Below, one piece after another: positions 1-8,510 of a DNA stretch of 64,000 nt. Below the pieces are notes generated by a model. It worked only from the letters and a program-made list of their open reading frames with translations, made no database searches and was not told where the DNA came from. Numbering within the stretch: the first letter of the stretch is position 1; the number at the start of each line of letters is the position of its first letter. Origin of the DNA: Rickettsiales bacterium. Lineage in GTDB: Bacteria; Pseudomonadota; Alphaproteobacteria; Methylaequorales; Methylaequoraceae. The DNA is taken from positions 17,967 to 81,966 of the forward strand of contig NZFP01000015.1 in the NCBI GenBank assembly GCA_002689325.1, read 5' to 3'. The position numbers were made by a program, and so were the translations under genes.

Positions 1-156
1 GGATCAAGCTTTCTGACTGGTGATTATGCTGAGATAGATATGAATAAAGGAATAAGTAAATTACTTCCAGCTCCAAACCTAGATAATTTAAATGAAAATA
101 GAGTAAGAGCATTGATAGATAAAACAGAAAATTATGAAACCAATGAATCAGATTAA
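1..156 (+). CDS. lptA: 3' end of an LptA/OstA-like periplasmic LPS transport protein (partial, starts outside the window)
   Basis: Frame 1 is open from the window edge to TAA at 154-156. It overlaps the lptB start, which is the usual lptA-lptB arrangement. The peptide is too short for a motif call. Confidence 0.4.
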   Translation, partial: GSSFLTGDYAEIDMNKGISKLLPAPNLDNLNENRVRALIDKTENYETNESD

Positions 157-895
157 CATCCCTTTTGTTGCTGTTCATAATAAGGGTCTAGAAATAAATA
201 ATATTTCAAAAACTTATAATAAAAAAAAAGTTGTAAATAATGTCTCAATAAAGCTTAACAGAGGTGAATCTGTTGCGCTACTTGGACCTAATGGAGCTGG
301 TAAAACTACTTTGTTTTATATGATAATGGGACTAATTGGCAGTGAAAGTGGGTCAATCTTATTAGATAAAAATGAAATCTCAGAACTCCCAATGTATAGA
401 AGGTCAAAATTAGGATTAGGTTACTTACCACAAGAATCATCAGTTTTCAGGGGATTAAGTGTTGAAGAAAATATTTTAGCTATTTTGCAAAAATCTCTAA
501 AAAAAAATGAAGAAATTAAAAAAACATTAGAAGAATTGTTATCTAATTTTGGTATTGAACATGTAAGGAACTCACCTTCACTCTCGTTATCAGGTGGAGA
601 AAGAAGAAGATTAGAAATAGCAAGATGTATGGCGGCAAAACCGAATTTTGTTCTGCTTGATGAGCCGCTTGCAGGAATAGATCCCATCGCAATACAAGAT
701 ATTAAAAACCTAATACAAAATTTAAAAAATAAAAACATAGGTATTCTGATCACTGATCATAATGTAAAGAGTACATTGGAAATAGTTGATAGAGCATATA
801 TTATCTTTGAGGGCAAAGTCCTTTTTGAAGGAAAGCCAGAGGATATTGTGAATAATAAAAATGTTCAGGCTTTTTATCTCGGACAAAACTTTTAA
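134..895 (+). CDS. lptB: LPS export ABC transporter ATP-binding protein LptB
   Basis: Walker A GPNGAGKTT, signature LSGGERRRLEIAR and Walker B FVLLDEP. It sits upstream of hpf/ptsN. Confidence 0.9.
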   Translation: MKPMNQINIPFVAVHNKGLEINNISKTYNKKKVVNNVSIKLNRGESVALLGPNGAGKTTLFYMIMGLIGSESGSILLDKNEISELPMYRRSKLGLGYLPQESSVFRGLSVEENILAILQKSLKKNEEIKKTLEELLSNFGIEHVRNSPSLSLSGGERRRLEIARCMAAKPNFVLLDEPLAGIDPIAIQDIKNLIQNLKNKNIGILITDHNVKSTLEIVDRAYIIFEGKVLFEGKPEDIVNNKNVQAFYLGQNF

Positions 896-897
896 AA

Positions 898-1470
898 ATG
901 AAAAATAAAATACTAGTTTCCGGCAAACAGACTAAAATTGGCTTGTCTTTAAAAAAACATTCAATTAATTCAATTACAGCAACATTAAATAAATACTTTC
1001 AAGATTTTATAAGCTCAAGCATCTTATTCTCAAAAGATACATTTAATTTTAGGTGTGAAATAAATATTCATCTTGAAAAAACAATTTTTGTAAAATCACA
1101 TTCATTGAGTAATGATGCTTACGGAGCTTTTAATCTTGCAAATGAAAAGATAAAAAAAAGAATTAGAAGATACCACAGAAAATTGACAGACCACAGAGCT
1201 AAATTAGCAAAAAGAAATATAGATATTAATGCAAGTGAATACATTATTAAAAATCCAGAAAAAATTAGTGTTAACCTTGGTGAAAAAGAACCTGTAATCA
1301 TTGCTGAATCAGAAGAAATAATAAAATCCCTAACTGTAAGTGAAGCAATAATGCTAATGGACTTAAATGATCAAAATGCAATTTTTTTTAAAAATACAAA
1401 AAATAAAAGGCTTAATATTTTATTTAAAAGATTAGATGGAAATATAGGTTGGCTAGATCCAAAAAAATAG
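898..1470 (+). CDS. hpf: Ribosome hibernation promoting factor (long HPF)
   Basis: 190 aa with a YfiA/S30AE-like N-terminal half plus a C-terminal dimerisation-type domain. The position between lptB and ptsN is the conserved one. Confidence 0.8.
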   Translation: MKNKILVSGKQTKIGLSLKKHSINSITATLNKYFQDFISSSILFSKDTFNFRCEINIHLEKTIFVKSHSLSNDAYGAFNLANEKIKKRIRRYHRKLTDHRAKLAKRNIDINASEYIIKNPEKISVNLGEKEPVIIAESEEIIKSLTVSEAIMLMDLNDQNAIFFKNTKNKRLNILFKRLDGNIGWLDPKK

Positions 1471-1471
1471 T

Positions 1472-1918
1472 ATGAAGCTTTCAGAATTTATTTACAAAAA
1501 TTCAATTTTTATAGACGTTCAAGCAGATAGCCAAAAAAACGTTTTTAAGATTCTCGGAAATACTTTTTCTAAAAAAAATAAAGATTTATCTTCGCTTATC
1601 ATTGAAAAATTAAATGAAAGGGAACGATTGGGAAGCACAAGTGTCGGTAATGGAATAGCAATACCTCACACAAAAGTTGATGGCATTAAAGAAACTCAAG
1701 TCATTTTTTTAAAACTAAAAAGTGGAGTAGACTTTTCAGCTCCAGATGGTAAGAAAATAGATTTAATTTTTTCTATAATTGCACCTGAAAATTCAGAATC
1801 TGATCACCTATTAATTCTTTCTTCGATCTCCAACTTTATAAAAAAAAAGGAAAAAGTTGACAGATTAAGGGGGGCAGCAACAATTGATGAAATACAATTT
1901 TTATTTTCAAAGATCTAG
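1472..1918 (+). CDS. ptsN: PTS EIIA(Ntr) nitrogen-regulatory protein PtsN
   Basis: 148 aa with the EIIA-2 fold signature GNGIAIPH (phosphorylatable His). It follows hpf. Confidence 0.85.
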   Translation: MKLSEFIYKNSIFIDVQADSQKNVFKILGNTFSKKNKDLSSLIIEKLNERERLGSTSVGNGIAIPHTKVDGIKETQVIFLKLKSGVDFSAPDGKKIDLIFSIIAPENSESDHLLILSSISNFIKKKEKVDRLRGAATIDEIQFLFSKI

Positions 1919-1919
1919 T

Positions 1920-2147
1920 TTAATGGAGACTAATATATCTTAGACCAGATTGCATTATTGCAGCTATAGCAGCTTCTTTGGAATCAAAAGCAGCTAGAAG
2001 TGTTCCATCAGAGCCGTAAACTGAAAAAATGTCAGTACTAAAGTTATCATAGCTATGAATTTCTTTTTTTACAAAGGCGTAACTAGAACTTTCCTCATCA
2101 AAGGCAAGACCTTCTTCAATATTACTTTTGTCTATTTGATTTGCCAT
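1920..2147 (-). CDS. DUF1150 family protein
   Basis: 75 aa, acidic N-terminus, C-terminal pattern ...GTLLAAFDSKEAAIAAI...SLH. It lies downstream of and overlaps an Hsp20 gene, the typical alphaproteobacterial pairing. Confidence 0.65.
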   Translation of the reverse strand: MANQIDKSNIEEGLAFDEESSSYAFVKKEIHSYDNFSTDIFSVYGSDGTLLAAFDSKEAAIAAIMQSGLRYISLH

Positions 2148-2595
2148 TTTCTAAACTTATAAATTTTTCATTATTTGATTTGGAACTATCCTTTATTTCT
2201 ATTTTTTTTGATTCTTCAGAGTTAATTGGTTGAGAGAGGTCAACTGACAACAAGCCATTTTCCATCGAGGCTCCTTCAACCTCAATGCCCTCAGCTAATA
2301 CAAAATTCCTTTGAAATTGCCTTGTAGCTATACCTCTGTGAAGAAAAATTCTTTCATCATTTTCTTCTTTTTTAAAACCTTTAATTTGAAGTTGATTTCC
2401 TTCCAAGTTTATTTCTAAATCTGCTTTTTCAAAACCTGCTACTGCTACTGTTATTCTTAGTAAATTAGATGAAATTTGCTCAATGTTATAAGGAGGATAG
2501 GTCTCAGTTGATAATTTAGAAATTCTATCTATTGTTCTTTCAAACTGTTCAAAACCCAGAAGAAATGGACTATTAAAGACTGACATTCTATTCAT
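2122..2595 (-). CDS. ibpA: Small heat-shock protein, Hsp20/alpha-crystallin family
   Basis: 157 aa with an alpha-crystallin domain (RITVAVAGF...LEINLEGNQLQIKG...FQRNFVLAEGIEVEGASMENGLLSVDL). Confidence 0.88.
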   Translation of the reverse strand: MNRMSVFNSPFLLGFEQFERTIDRISKLSTETYPPYNIEQISSNLLRITVAVAGFEKADLEINLEGNQLQIKGFKKEENDERIFLHRGIATRQFQRNFVLAEGIEVEGASMENGLLSVDLSQPINSEESKKIEIKDSSKSNNEKFISLENGKSNRQK

Positions 2596-2816
2596 AAATC
2601 CTCATTAAATTAGAGCGATAATTAGTGAACCTTGTAAAAGCATTCAGTTACTATTTATATTACAATCAATTATTTTTCAACAACTTTTTGTTAACAAAAT
2701 TAAGCCATTTTTTTTCATAGAAGTCTCTAAACGTAATTATGTTACATTAATGATAAATAATCTAAACCAATGTAGTAAATTTATAAAAATTTTGTATTAG
2801 TTAAATTTTTAGTAAA

Positions 2817-2892
2817 TGGTGGAGCTGGACGGGATCGAACCGACGACCTTCTGAATGCCATCCAGACGCTCTCCCAACTGAGCTACAGCCCC
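2817..2892 (-). tRNA. tRNA-Ala (anticodon GGC), CCA encoded
   Basis: The reverse complement folds as a cloverleaf: acceptor GGGGCTG/CAGCTCC with the G3:U70 alanine identity pair, D arm GCTC/GAGC, anticodon stem TCTGG/TCAGA with loop ATGGCAT, T arm GTCGG-TTCGATC-CCGTC... and a 3' CCA. Confidence 0.93.
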
Positions 2893-2912
2893 TTAAAGTA
2901 AGGAAAATTTAT

Positions 2913-3038
2913 TTAATCTGATTTTATAAAGTCTCCAACATCTTTTATATCCTCTCCTACACCAGAAATTGCTCCACCTATTGTTCCGCACCCTGATAAG
3001 AAAATTATTAAGATAAAAGAGAAATATAACCTTGTCAT
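2913..3038 (-). CDS. Entericidin EcnA/B-like small lipoprotein (41 aa, below the ORF-track cutoff)
   Basis: Hand translation: MTRLYFSFILIIFLSGCGTIGGAISGVGEDIKDVGDFIKSD*. It has a lipobox L-S-G-C followed by the Gly-rich G-x-G-E-D-I-x-D-x-G pattern typical of entericidins. Confidence 0.65.
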   Translation of the reverse strand: MTRLYFSFILIIFLSGCGTIGGAISGVGEDIKDVGDFIKSD

Positions 3039-3085
3039 ACTTAAAGTTTATTGAAAATTATATACAACACAATAGTTAAAAGAGA

Positions 3086-3388
3086 TTATTCCTCTGGTCT
3101 TTCAATATCTATCATGTTTTCTACTGAATCATCGTCATCATCACCATCATTAACAGAAGTATCAATATCCTGGTCATCATCCATAGCATCAGTTTTTATT
3201 TCTTTTTTCTCTGTCGTTTCTTCAGGCACCGATTTTTTTGGTGGTCTTCCCCTTTTAGAAACGTTAGTAAGCAGGGATGTCAGCTCGTATCCACAGTTGG
3301 GACAAATTATTGGAAACTTTCCAAAATCAAAAAATAAAGTGCTACATTGAGTACACTTTCGTTTAGCTCCTTTTTCAAAATCTTCCAT
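3086..3388 (-). CDS. TIGR02300 (FYDLN_acid) family protein, zinc-ribbon N-terminus and acidic tail
   Basis: N-terminus KRKCTQCSTLFFDFGKFPIICPNCG (CxxC...CxxC with an FYDLN-like FFDFG), followed by a long Asp/Glu-rich C-terminus. Confidence 0.7.
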   Translation of the reverse strand: MEDFEKGAKRKCTQCSTLFFDFGKFPIICPNCGYELTSLLTNVSKRGRPPKKSVPEETTEKKEIKTDAMDDDQDIDTSVNDGDDDDDSVENMIDIERPEE

Positions 3389-3431
3389 TTTACAATTCCC
3401 TTAACGGTTCAAATAAATTATAAATCAATAA

Positions 3432-4751
3432 ATGACAAAAAATACATTTACTCTTAAATCATCAAAAAGTAAATGCCTTAGTGGTAAATTATCTGTTCCT
3501 TCAGATAAATCAATTTCAATCAGAGCATTACTCATCTCTTCAATTTGTTTTGGCAATACAAAAATTTCTAATCTATTAGAATCTGAAGATGTAAAAAATA
3601 CATTAAATTGCTTAAGGGAGTTAGGAATAAAAATTTTAAAAAAAGGGACTCAATTTGAGGTATTTGGACAAGGAGGGGTTTTTGAGGATCCCAAAAGAGA
3701 ACTATTTCTTGGCAATTCCGGCACAGGTTTAAGATTACTTATAGGTTTATTATCTACAAGAAATGTTAATGTAAGTTTTAAAGGTGACGAGTCTCTCTCA
3801 TCAAGACCAATGATGAGAATTATTGAACCACTAAAAAAAATGAATGTATCTTTGATCCATAATAATGGTTATCTACCAATAAAAATTCTAAAAAATGATG
3901 ATTTTTATCTACCCTTAAAATATTCACTGGAAATAGGTTCGGCTCAAGTTAAAAGTGCAATTCTCTTAGCAGCCTTGAATCTAAGTGGAACAACAATAGT
4001 TAAGGAGAGATTTCCAAGTCGTGATCACACAGAAATTCTTCTTAAATATCTTGGAGCTAATATTATAAAGAAAAAAAACATCATCACTTTAAAATCTCCA
4101 AATTTTTTAAAACCAAAGGATATTTTTGTGCCAGGAGATTTTAGCTCAGCAGCTTTCTTAATAGTTGCAGCTTTGATTACAAAAAAAAGTAAAATTATAA
4201 TTGAAAATGTAGGACTAAATTTTTTTAGAACTGGTCTTTTGGAGGTTTTAAAAAAAATGAATGCAAAAATAAATGTTTCAAATAAAAACATCATCAATGG
4301 TGAACCAGTTGGAGATATTACAGCAGAAAGTTCAAACCTGATTTCTACTAAGGTAGACTCCGAAATTGCACCAAGATTAATTGATGAGTTTCCTATACTT
4401 TTTGTTGCAGCTTCCTTTGCCTCTGGAAAGTCTATTTTCAAAGGTCTTGAAGAACTAAAATTTAAAGAGAGTGATCGTTTGAAAACAATGGCTGATTCTT
4501 TGAAAGGTGCTGGAGTAGAATTAGATTTAAAGAAAGGATCCCTGGAAGTTATTGGTAGTAAAACACAACAAGGAGGTAACTACGTAATTACAAAAAATGA
4601 TCATAGGATTGCAATGTCAATGCTTACTTTTGGTCTTGCAGCTGAAAAAAGTATTAAAATTGATGATTCCTCAATGATAAAAACCTCTTTTCCAAAATTT
4701 AATGAAATTATGAACAGTATAAATGCAAGAATCAGAAATGTTTCAAAATAA
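3432..4751 (+). CDS. aroA: 3-phosphoshikimate 1-carboxyvinyltransferase (EPSP synthase)
   Basis: 439 aa with motifs KSISIRAL, LGNSGTGLRLL and ESDRL. It sits upstream of cmk-rpsA as in other alphaproteobacteria. Confidence 0.9.
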   Translation: MTKNTFTLKSSKSKCLSGKLSVPSDKSISIRALLISSICFGNTKISNLLESEDVKNTLNCLRELGIKILKKGTQFEVFGQGGVFEDPKRELFLGNSGTGLRLLIGLLSTRNVNVSFKGDESLSSRPMMRIIEPLKKMNVSLIHNNGYLPIKILKNDDFYLPLKYSLEIGSAQVKSAILLAALNLSGTTIVKERFPSRDHTEILLKYLGANIIKKKNIITLKSPNFLKPKDIFVPGDFSSAAFLIVAALITKKSKIIIENVGLNFFRTGLLEVLKKMNAKINVSNKNIINGEPVGDITAESSNLISTKVDSEIAPRLIDEFPILFVAASFASGKSIFKGLEELKFKESDRLKTMADSLKGAGVELDLKKGSLEVIGSKTQQGGNYVITKNDHRIAMSMLTFGLAAEKSIKIDDSSMIKTSFPKFNEIMNSINARIRNVSK

Positions 4752-5409
4752 TAAACCCGTTATTGCTATCGATGGAACAGCTGGTTCCGGAAAGGGAACT
4801 TTAGCAAAAAAACTTGCCAAGCTTCTTAACTATGATCATTTAGATAGTGGATTATTGTACAGAATACTTGCATATGAGTTTTTGAATTTAAACGAAGATT
4901 TAAAAAAGCTAGTAAAAATTGATATCGATTTAAATATTTTTCTTGAAAAAAAAAAAATAAAAAAAATGAACCTTAGGTCTTCAAAAATAACAAAAGTGTC
5001 ATCTAAAATTGCAAAACTAAAATTTGTCAGGCATAAGCTTTTATCATTGCAAAGAAAATTTGCTAATTATCCCCCCAACGGAATTGGTTCTGTTATTGAT
5101 GGAAGGGATATTACTAGTGTCATTACTCCAAATGCGGAAATTAAATTTTACATTGATGCAGATGTAAAAATTAGGGCTGAAAGAAGGTTATCTCAACTAG
5201 ATTTGCCAAAAAATAGCTACAATAGAGTTTTAGAAGAATTAATTCAACGCGACTTGCAAGACAAAAAAAGAAAAATATCCCCATTAATTCAAACAGAAGA
5301 TAGTCATTATATTGATACAAGTAAAATTAACGAATCAAAGGTACTAGCAAAAGCCATTGATTACATCAAAAAAAAACAGATATTATTTAGTGATTGCATA
5401 AAAGACTAA
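4723..5409 (+). CDS. cmk: Cytidylate kinase
   Basis: P-loop IAIDGTAGSGKGT. The true start may be the Met at 4738 (MFQNNKPV...). Confidence 0.88.
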   Translation: MQESEMFQNNKPVIAIDGTAGSGKGTLAKKLAKLLNYDHLDSGLLYRILAYEFLNLNEDLKKLVKIDIDLNIFLEKKKIKKMNLRSSKITKVSSKIAKLKFVRHKLLSLQRKFANYPPNGIGSVIDGRDITSVITPNAEIKFYIDADVKIRAERRLSQLDLPKNSYNRVLEELIQRDLQDKKRKISPLIQTEDSHYIDTSKINESKVLAKAIDYIKKKQILFSDCIKD

Positions 5410-5450
5410 AATTTTGTAAACCATTTATTGGTTAAATCAGAGGAAATATA

Positions 5451-7145
5451 TTGGAAGAAAATTTTAACGAACTATTAGAAAAAAGCCTTTTAGACTTTAA
5501 ATATAAAGAAGGTCAAATTATTAAAGGCACAGTCCTTTCGATAGTTAATGACACAGTTGTAGTTGATGTTGGACTCAAATCAGAAGGCAGGATCCCAATT
5601 AAAGAGTTCCATTCTCCTGGTGAGGAGCATAATGTTAAGATTGGAGAAAAATATGATGTTTACCTCGAAAAATTAGAAAATAAAGAAGGCGAAGCGCTAC
5701 TTAGCCGAGATAGAGCTAGAAAAGAAGAATCTTGGAACAATCTTGAAAAGATTCAAGACTCAAATCAACAAGTTATGGGGATAATTACCGAGAGAGTAAA
5801 AGGAGGTTTTGCTGTTGACATAAATGGTGCCTTAGCCTTTCTTCCCGGGAGTCAAGTTGACTTGAAACCAATTAAAGATATCTCACCACTTTTAAATAAG
5901 CCTCAGCCCATGACCATTTTGAAAATGGATAAATTAAGAGGAAACATTGTTGTTTCTAGAAGAGCACTCTTGGAAGAATCTAGAAAAGCAGACAGAAGCA
6001 AGCTTTTGTCAGATATTTCAGAAGGTGACAAATTAAAAGGTTTCATTAAAAATATTACGGACTACGGAGTTTTTGTAGATTTGGGTGGAATGGATGGTCT
6101 TATTCATGTAACTGACTTATCTTGGGAGAGAGTTAATCACCCATCTGAAAAATTCAAAGTAGGCGATGAAATAGAAGTAATAGTTACAAAATACGACAAA
6201 GATAGCAACAGAATAAGTTTAGGCCTAAAACAACTAACTGAGGATCCTTGGAAAAATGTAGATAATGACTACAAAGTCGGTTCAATTATTAAATCAAAAA
6301 TCTCAAGCATTGCTGATTACGGTGCATTCGTTCAAATCGAAAGAGGAGTAGAAGGTTTAATTCATAATTCTGAGTTAAGTTGGGTAAATAAAAATGTCCA
6401 CCCAAATAACATTGTTAATGTTGGTGAAGAAATTGAAGTTATGATTCTTGAGATAGATCATGATAAAAGAAGAATAAGTCTTGGAAGAAAACAGTGTCTT
6501 GAAAACCCTTGGAAACTTTTTGCTGAGAAAAATAAAAAAGGTGATGTTGTAGAGGGAAAAATAAAGAATTTAACAGACTTTGGGATCTTTGTTGAATTAT
6601 CCAATAATCTAGATGGCTTGATTCATTTATCAGATATTTCCTGGGAAAAATCAGGTGAGGATGCTATTAAGAATTATAAAGTTGATGATCTTGTTAAATT
6701 TAAAATTCTTGAAATCGATTTGGAAAAGGAAAGGGTTTCATTGGGCATTAAACAATTAACCTCTGATCCTTTGAAATCTGACAAAATTATCAACAAAATA
6801 GTTACAGGTGTAATTACTGAAATAGAAAAGGACAAGATTATTGTAAAATTCGACGATGAAAAAATGGGTTTCATCAAGAGATCTAATCTAGCAAAATCTA
6901 AAAATGAACAAAACACTGAAAGATTTGCAGTAAAAGAAAAAATTGATGCTAAAGTTTTAAAAAAATCGGCAAAAGATGGATCATATGAATTATCTGTAAG
7001 AGACCTTGAAATACAGGAGGAGAAAGAAGCACTCAAAGAATACGGATCAAGCTCTTCTGGAGCAAGTATTGGAGACATTATCGGAGCAGCACTTGATAAG
7101 GATGACAAAAAAAAGAAAAAAAAGTTAGATGATGAAGAAAAATGA
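5451..7145 (+). CDS. rpsA: 30S ribosomal protein S1
   Basis: 564 aa with six S1 repeats (G.V....D.G.FV.L..G..GL.H.S.). TTG start preceded by AGAGGA. Confidence 0.95.
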   Translation: MEENFNELLEKSLLDFKYKEGQIIKGTVLSIVNDTVVVDVGLKSEGRIPIKEFHSPGEEHNVKIGEKYDVYLEKLENKEGEALLSRDRARKEESWNNLEKIQDSNQQVMGIITERVKGGFAVDINGALAFLPGSQVDLKPIKDISPLLNKPQPMTILKMDKLRGNIVVSRRALLEESRKADRSKLLSDISEGDKLKGFIKNITDYGVFVDLGGMDGLIHVTDLSWERVNHPSEKFKVGDEIEVIVTKYDKDSNRISLGLKQLTEDPWKNVDNDYKVGSIIKSKISSIADYGAFVQIERGVEGLIHNSELSWVNKNVHPNNIVNVGEEIEVMILEIDHDKRRISLGRKQCLENPWKLFAEKNKKGDVVEGKIKNLTDFGIFVELSNNLDGLIHLSDISWEKSGEDAIKNYKVDDLVKFKILEIDLEKERVSLGIKQLTSDPLKSDKIINKIVTGVITEIEKDKIIVKFDDEKMGFIKRSNLAKSKNEQNTERFAVKEKIDAKVLKKSAKDGSYELSVRDLEIQEEKEALKEYGSSSSGASIGDIIGAALDKDDKKKKKKLDDEEK

Positions 7146-8025
7146 TTTCTTGATTCAATACTTTGAAAAAAGAAAATCAAAGATTCTTAAATTTTTTATT
7201 TTTTTCCTTCTGGTATTTTTCCTATTCTTCTTAATTAATGATAATCTAACTCCTAAAAATTTCATTGGAAAAATCCACCTTGAAGGAATTATCAATGACA
7301 GGAATAAACTAATTAGGCAACTTAATGAAATTAGTCAAAATGAAAATATAAAAGGTCTACTAGTAATTATTAATAGTCCTGGAGGTACTTTTGTTAGTAG
7401 TAAAGAGATTCATGACAGTTTAGAAAAAATAAGCATGAAAATTCCAACTTCAGCTTACATGAAAGAAATGGCAACTTCTGGAGCTTATTTAGCGTCTATG
7501 GGTTTACAAAAAATTTTTGCTAATCAGGGAACTATAACAGGTTCAATTGGTGTGATTCTTCAAACTGCTCAATTAACCTCTTTGATGGAAAAAATTGGAG
7601 TTAAACCAATAGTGATTAAAAGTGGTGAACTTAAAGCCACGCCTAATCCACTTGAAAAATTAGATGAAGAAAAGATAAATTATTTAAAAAAAATCATTTT
7701 CCAACTACAAAAAGAATTTATTGGCATAGTAAAACAAAAAAGAAATTTAAATCAAACCACTATTAAAGAGATTTCAACTGGAAGAATTTTTACCAGTAAA
7801 CAGGCACTGAAACTAAATTTAATTGATTTTATTGGAAATGAAACAGATGCATTAGATTGGATAAAAAAAGAAGGGGGACTCGACCAAAAAATAGATGTAA
7901 TTGAATTAGATAAGAAAAACTCTATATATGATATATTTAATACCACCTTTTTGAAAAATTCTCTTAAACCTTTTAATTTAAATCTAAATAATGGTATACT
8001 AGCAATTTGGACACCTGGATTATGA
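7129..8025 (+). CDS. sppA: Signal peptide peptidase SppA, 36K type
   Basis: N-terminal TM segment with motifs INSPGG, TSGAYLAS and GSIGV. Confidence 0.85.
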   Translation: MMKKNDFLIQYFEKRKSKILKFFIFFLLVFFLFFLINDNLTPKNFIGKIHLEGIINDRNKLIRQLNEISQNENIKGLLVIINSPGGTFVSSKEIHDSLEKISMKIPTSAYMKEMATSGAYLASMGLQKIFANQGTITGSIGVILQTAQLTSLMEKIGVKPIVIKSGELKATPNPLEKLDEEKINYLKKIIFQLQKEFIGIVKQKRNLNQTTIKEISTGRIFTSKQALKLNLIDFIGNETDALDWIKKEGGLDQKIDVIELDKKNSIYDIFNTTFLKNSLKPFNLNLNNGILAIWTPGL

Positions 8026-8303
8026 AAAAGTCTGACCTGCAATCTGAATTAGAAAAAAAATTTGATTACATACCAAAAAGAGAAGTTGAAAGAACTCTAG
8101 AAAAAATTTTACAGCTATTTTCCTCAACTCTAGCCAAAGGTAATAGAATAGAACTAAGAGATTTTGGAACATTTATTGTCAAGCATAGAAAAGCAAGGAT
8201 AGGCCGCAACCCGGCTACTGGAGAGAAAATTAAGATAAATCAAAAATATTTTGTTCATTTCAAACCTGGAAAAAAGCTTAAGGAAGTTATAAATGAAAAA
8301 TAG
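8022..8303 (+). CDS. ihfB: Integration host factor subunit beta
   Basis: HU/IHF fold with RIGRNPATGEKI and FKPGKKLK. I moved the start to MKKSDL, which gives an ATGA overlap with the sppA stop; the ORF-track start at 8007 adds 5 residues. Confidence 0.88.
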   Translation: MKKSDLQSELEKKFDYIPKREVERTLEKILQLFSSTLAKGNRIELRDFGTFIVKHRKARIGRNPATGEKIKINQKYFVHFKPGKKLKEVINEK

Positions 8304-8510
8304 TATAAAAAAAATATTAGGTTTGACGATTTTTTTTTTTTTTTAGTTTTCTTTCTTTTCTTCTCTGTTTCGAATAAGTTTTTTATAAAAATTAACTTTT
8401 TTCCAATCCCTTTTATTATTGAAATTCCCTTCTATATTTATACTATCATTATTCTTTTTATAGGCTTTGTTCTATCCCTATTTTTTTTATTTTTAAAAAG
8501 GTTTTTCTAA
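8293..8510 (+). pseudogene. lapA: LapA/DUF1049-like small inner-membrane protein, reading frame broken in a T15 homopolymer (8330-8344)
   Basis: ATG at 8293 gives MKNSIKKILGLTIFFFF and then TAG at 8344-8346. The frame starting at 8346 continues VFFLFFSVSNKFFIKINFFPIPFIIEIPFYIYTIIILFIGFVLSLFFLFLKRFF* and ends at 8510. One extra T would fuse the two parts into a ~72 aa two-TM protein with the LapA-like F-[SA]-V-[SA]-N...P...P pattern. The slot between ihfB and the trp genes is the conserved place for this gene. Confidence 0.6.

Noticed and set aside
2596-2816. Possible ROSE-type RNA thermometer or sigma-32 promoter upstream of the Hsp20 gene, and a 13-codon ORF (MKKNGLILLTKSC)
   Set aside because: I could not find an anti-SD segment pairing with the TGAGGA region, nor a convincing CTTG-N17-CCTAT-type promoter on the correct strand. 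Only a generic TTGAAA-N16-ATAAAT match exists, which is expected by chance in A/T-rich DNA. The mini-ORF has no support.
3051-3350. 99-aa plus-strand ORF rich in Ser
   Set aside because: It is the antisense shadow of the acidic tail of the FYDLN_acid gene (GAT/GAA repeats read as Ser/Ile codons).
7075-7145. Lys/Asp/Glu-rich low-complexity tail of S1 (KDDKKKKKKLDDEEK) as a possible repeat element
   Set aside because: It is an in-frame, A-rich coding extension of rpsA overlapped by the sppA start, not an independent repeat or mobile sequence.
6674-7180. 168-aa minus-strand ORF overlapping the 3' part of rpsA
   Set aside because: It is an antisense shadow of the S1 gene, with a low-complexity Ser/Phe-rich product. 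The same reasoning applies to the antisense ORFs at 421-753, 4025-4441, 12159-12539, 26998-27327, 38185-38445, 39098-39496 and 54984-55313.
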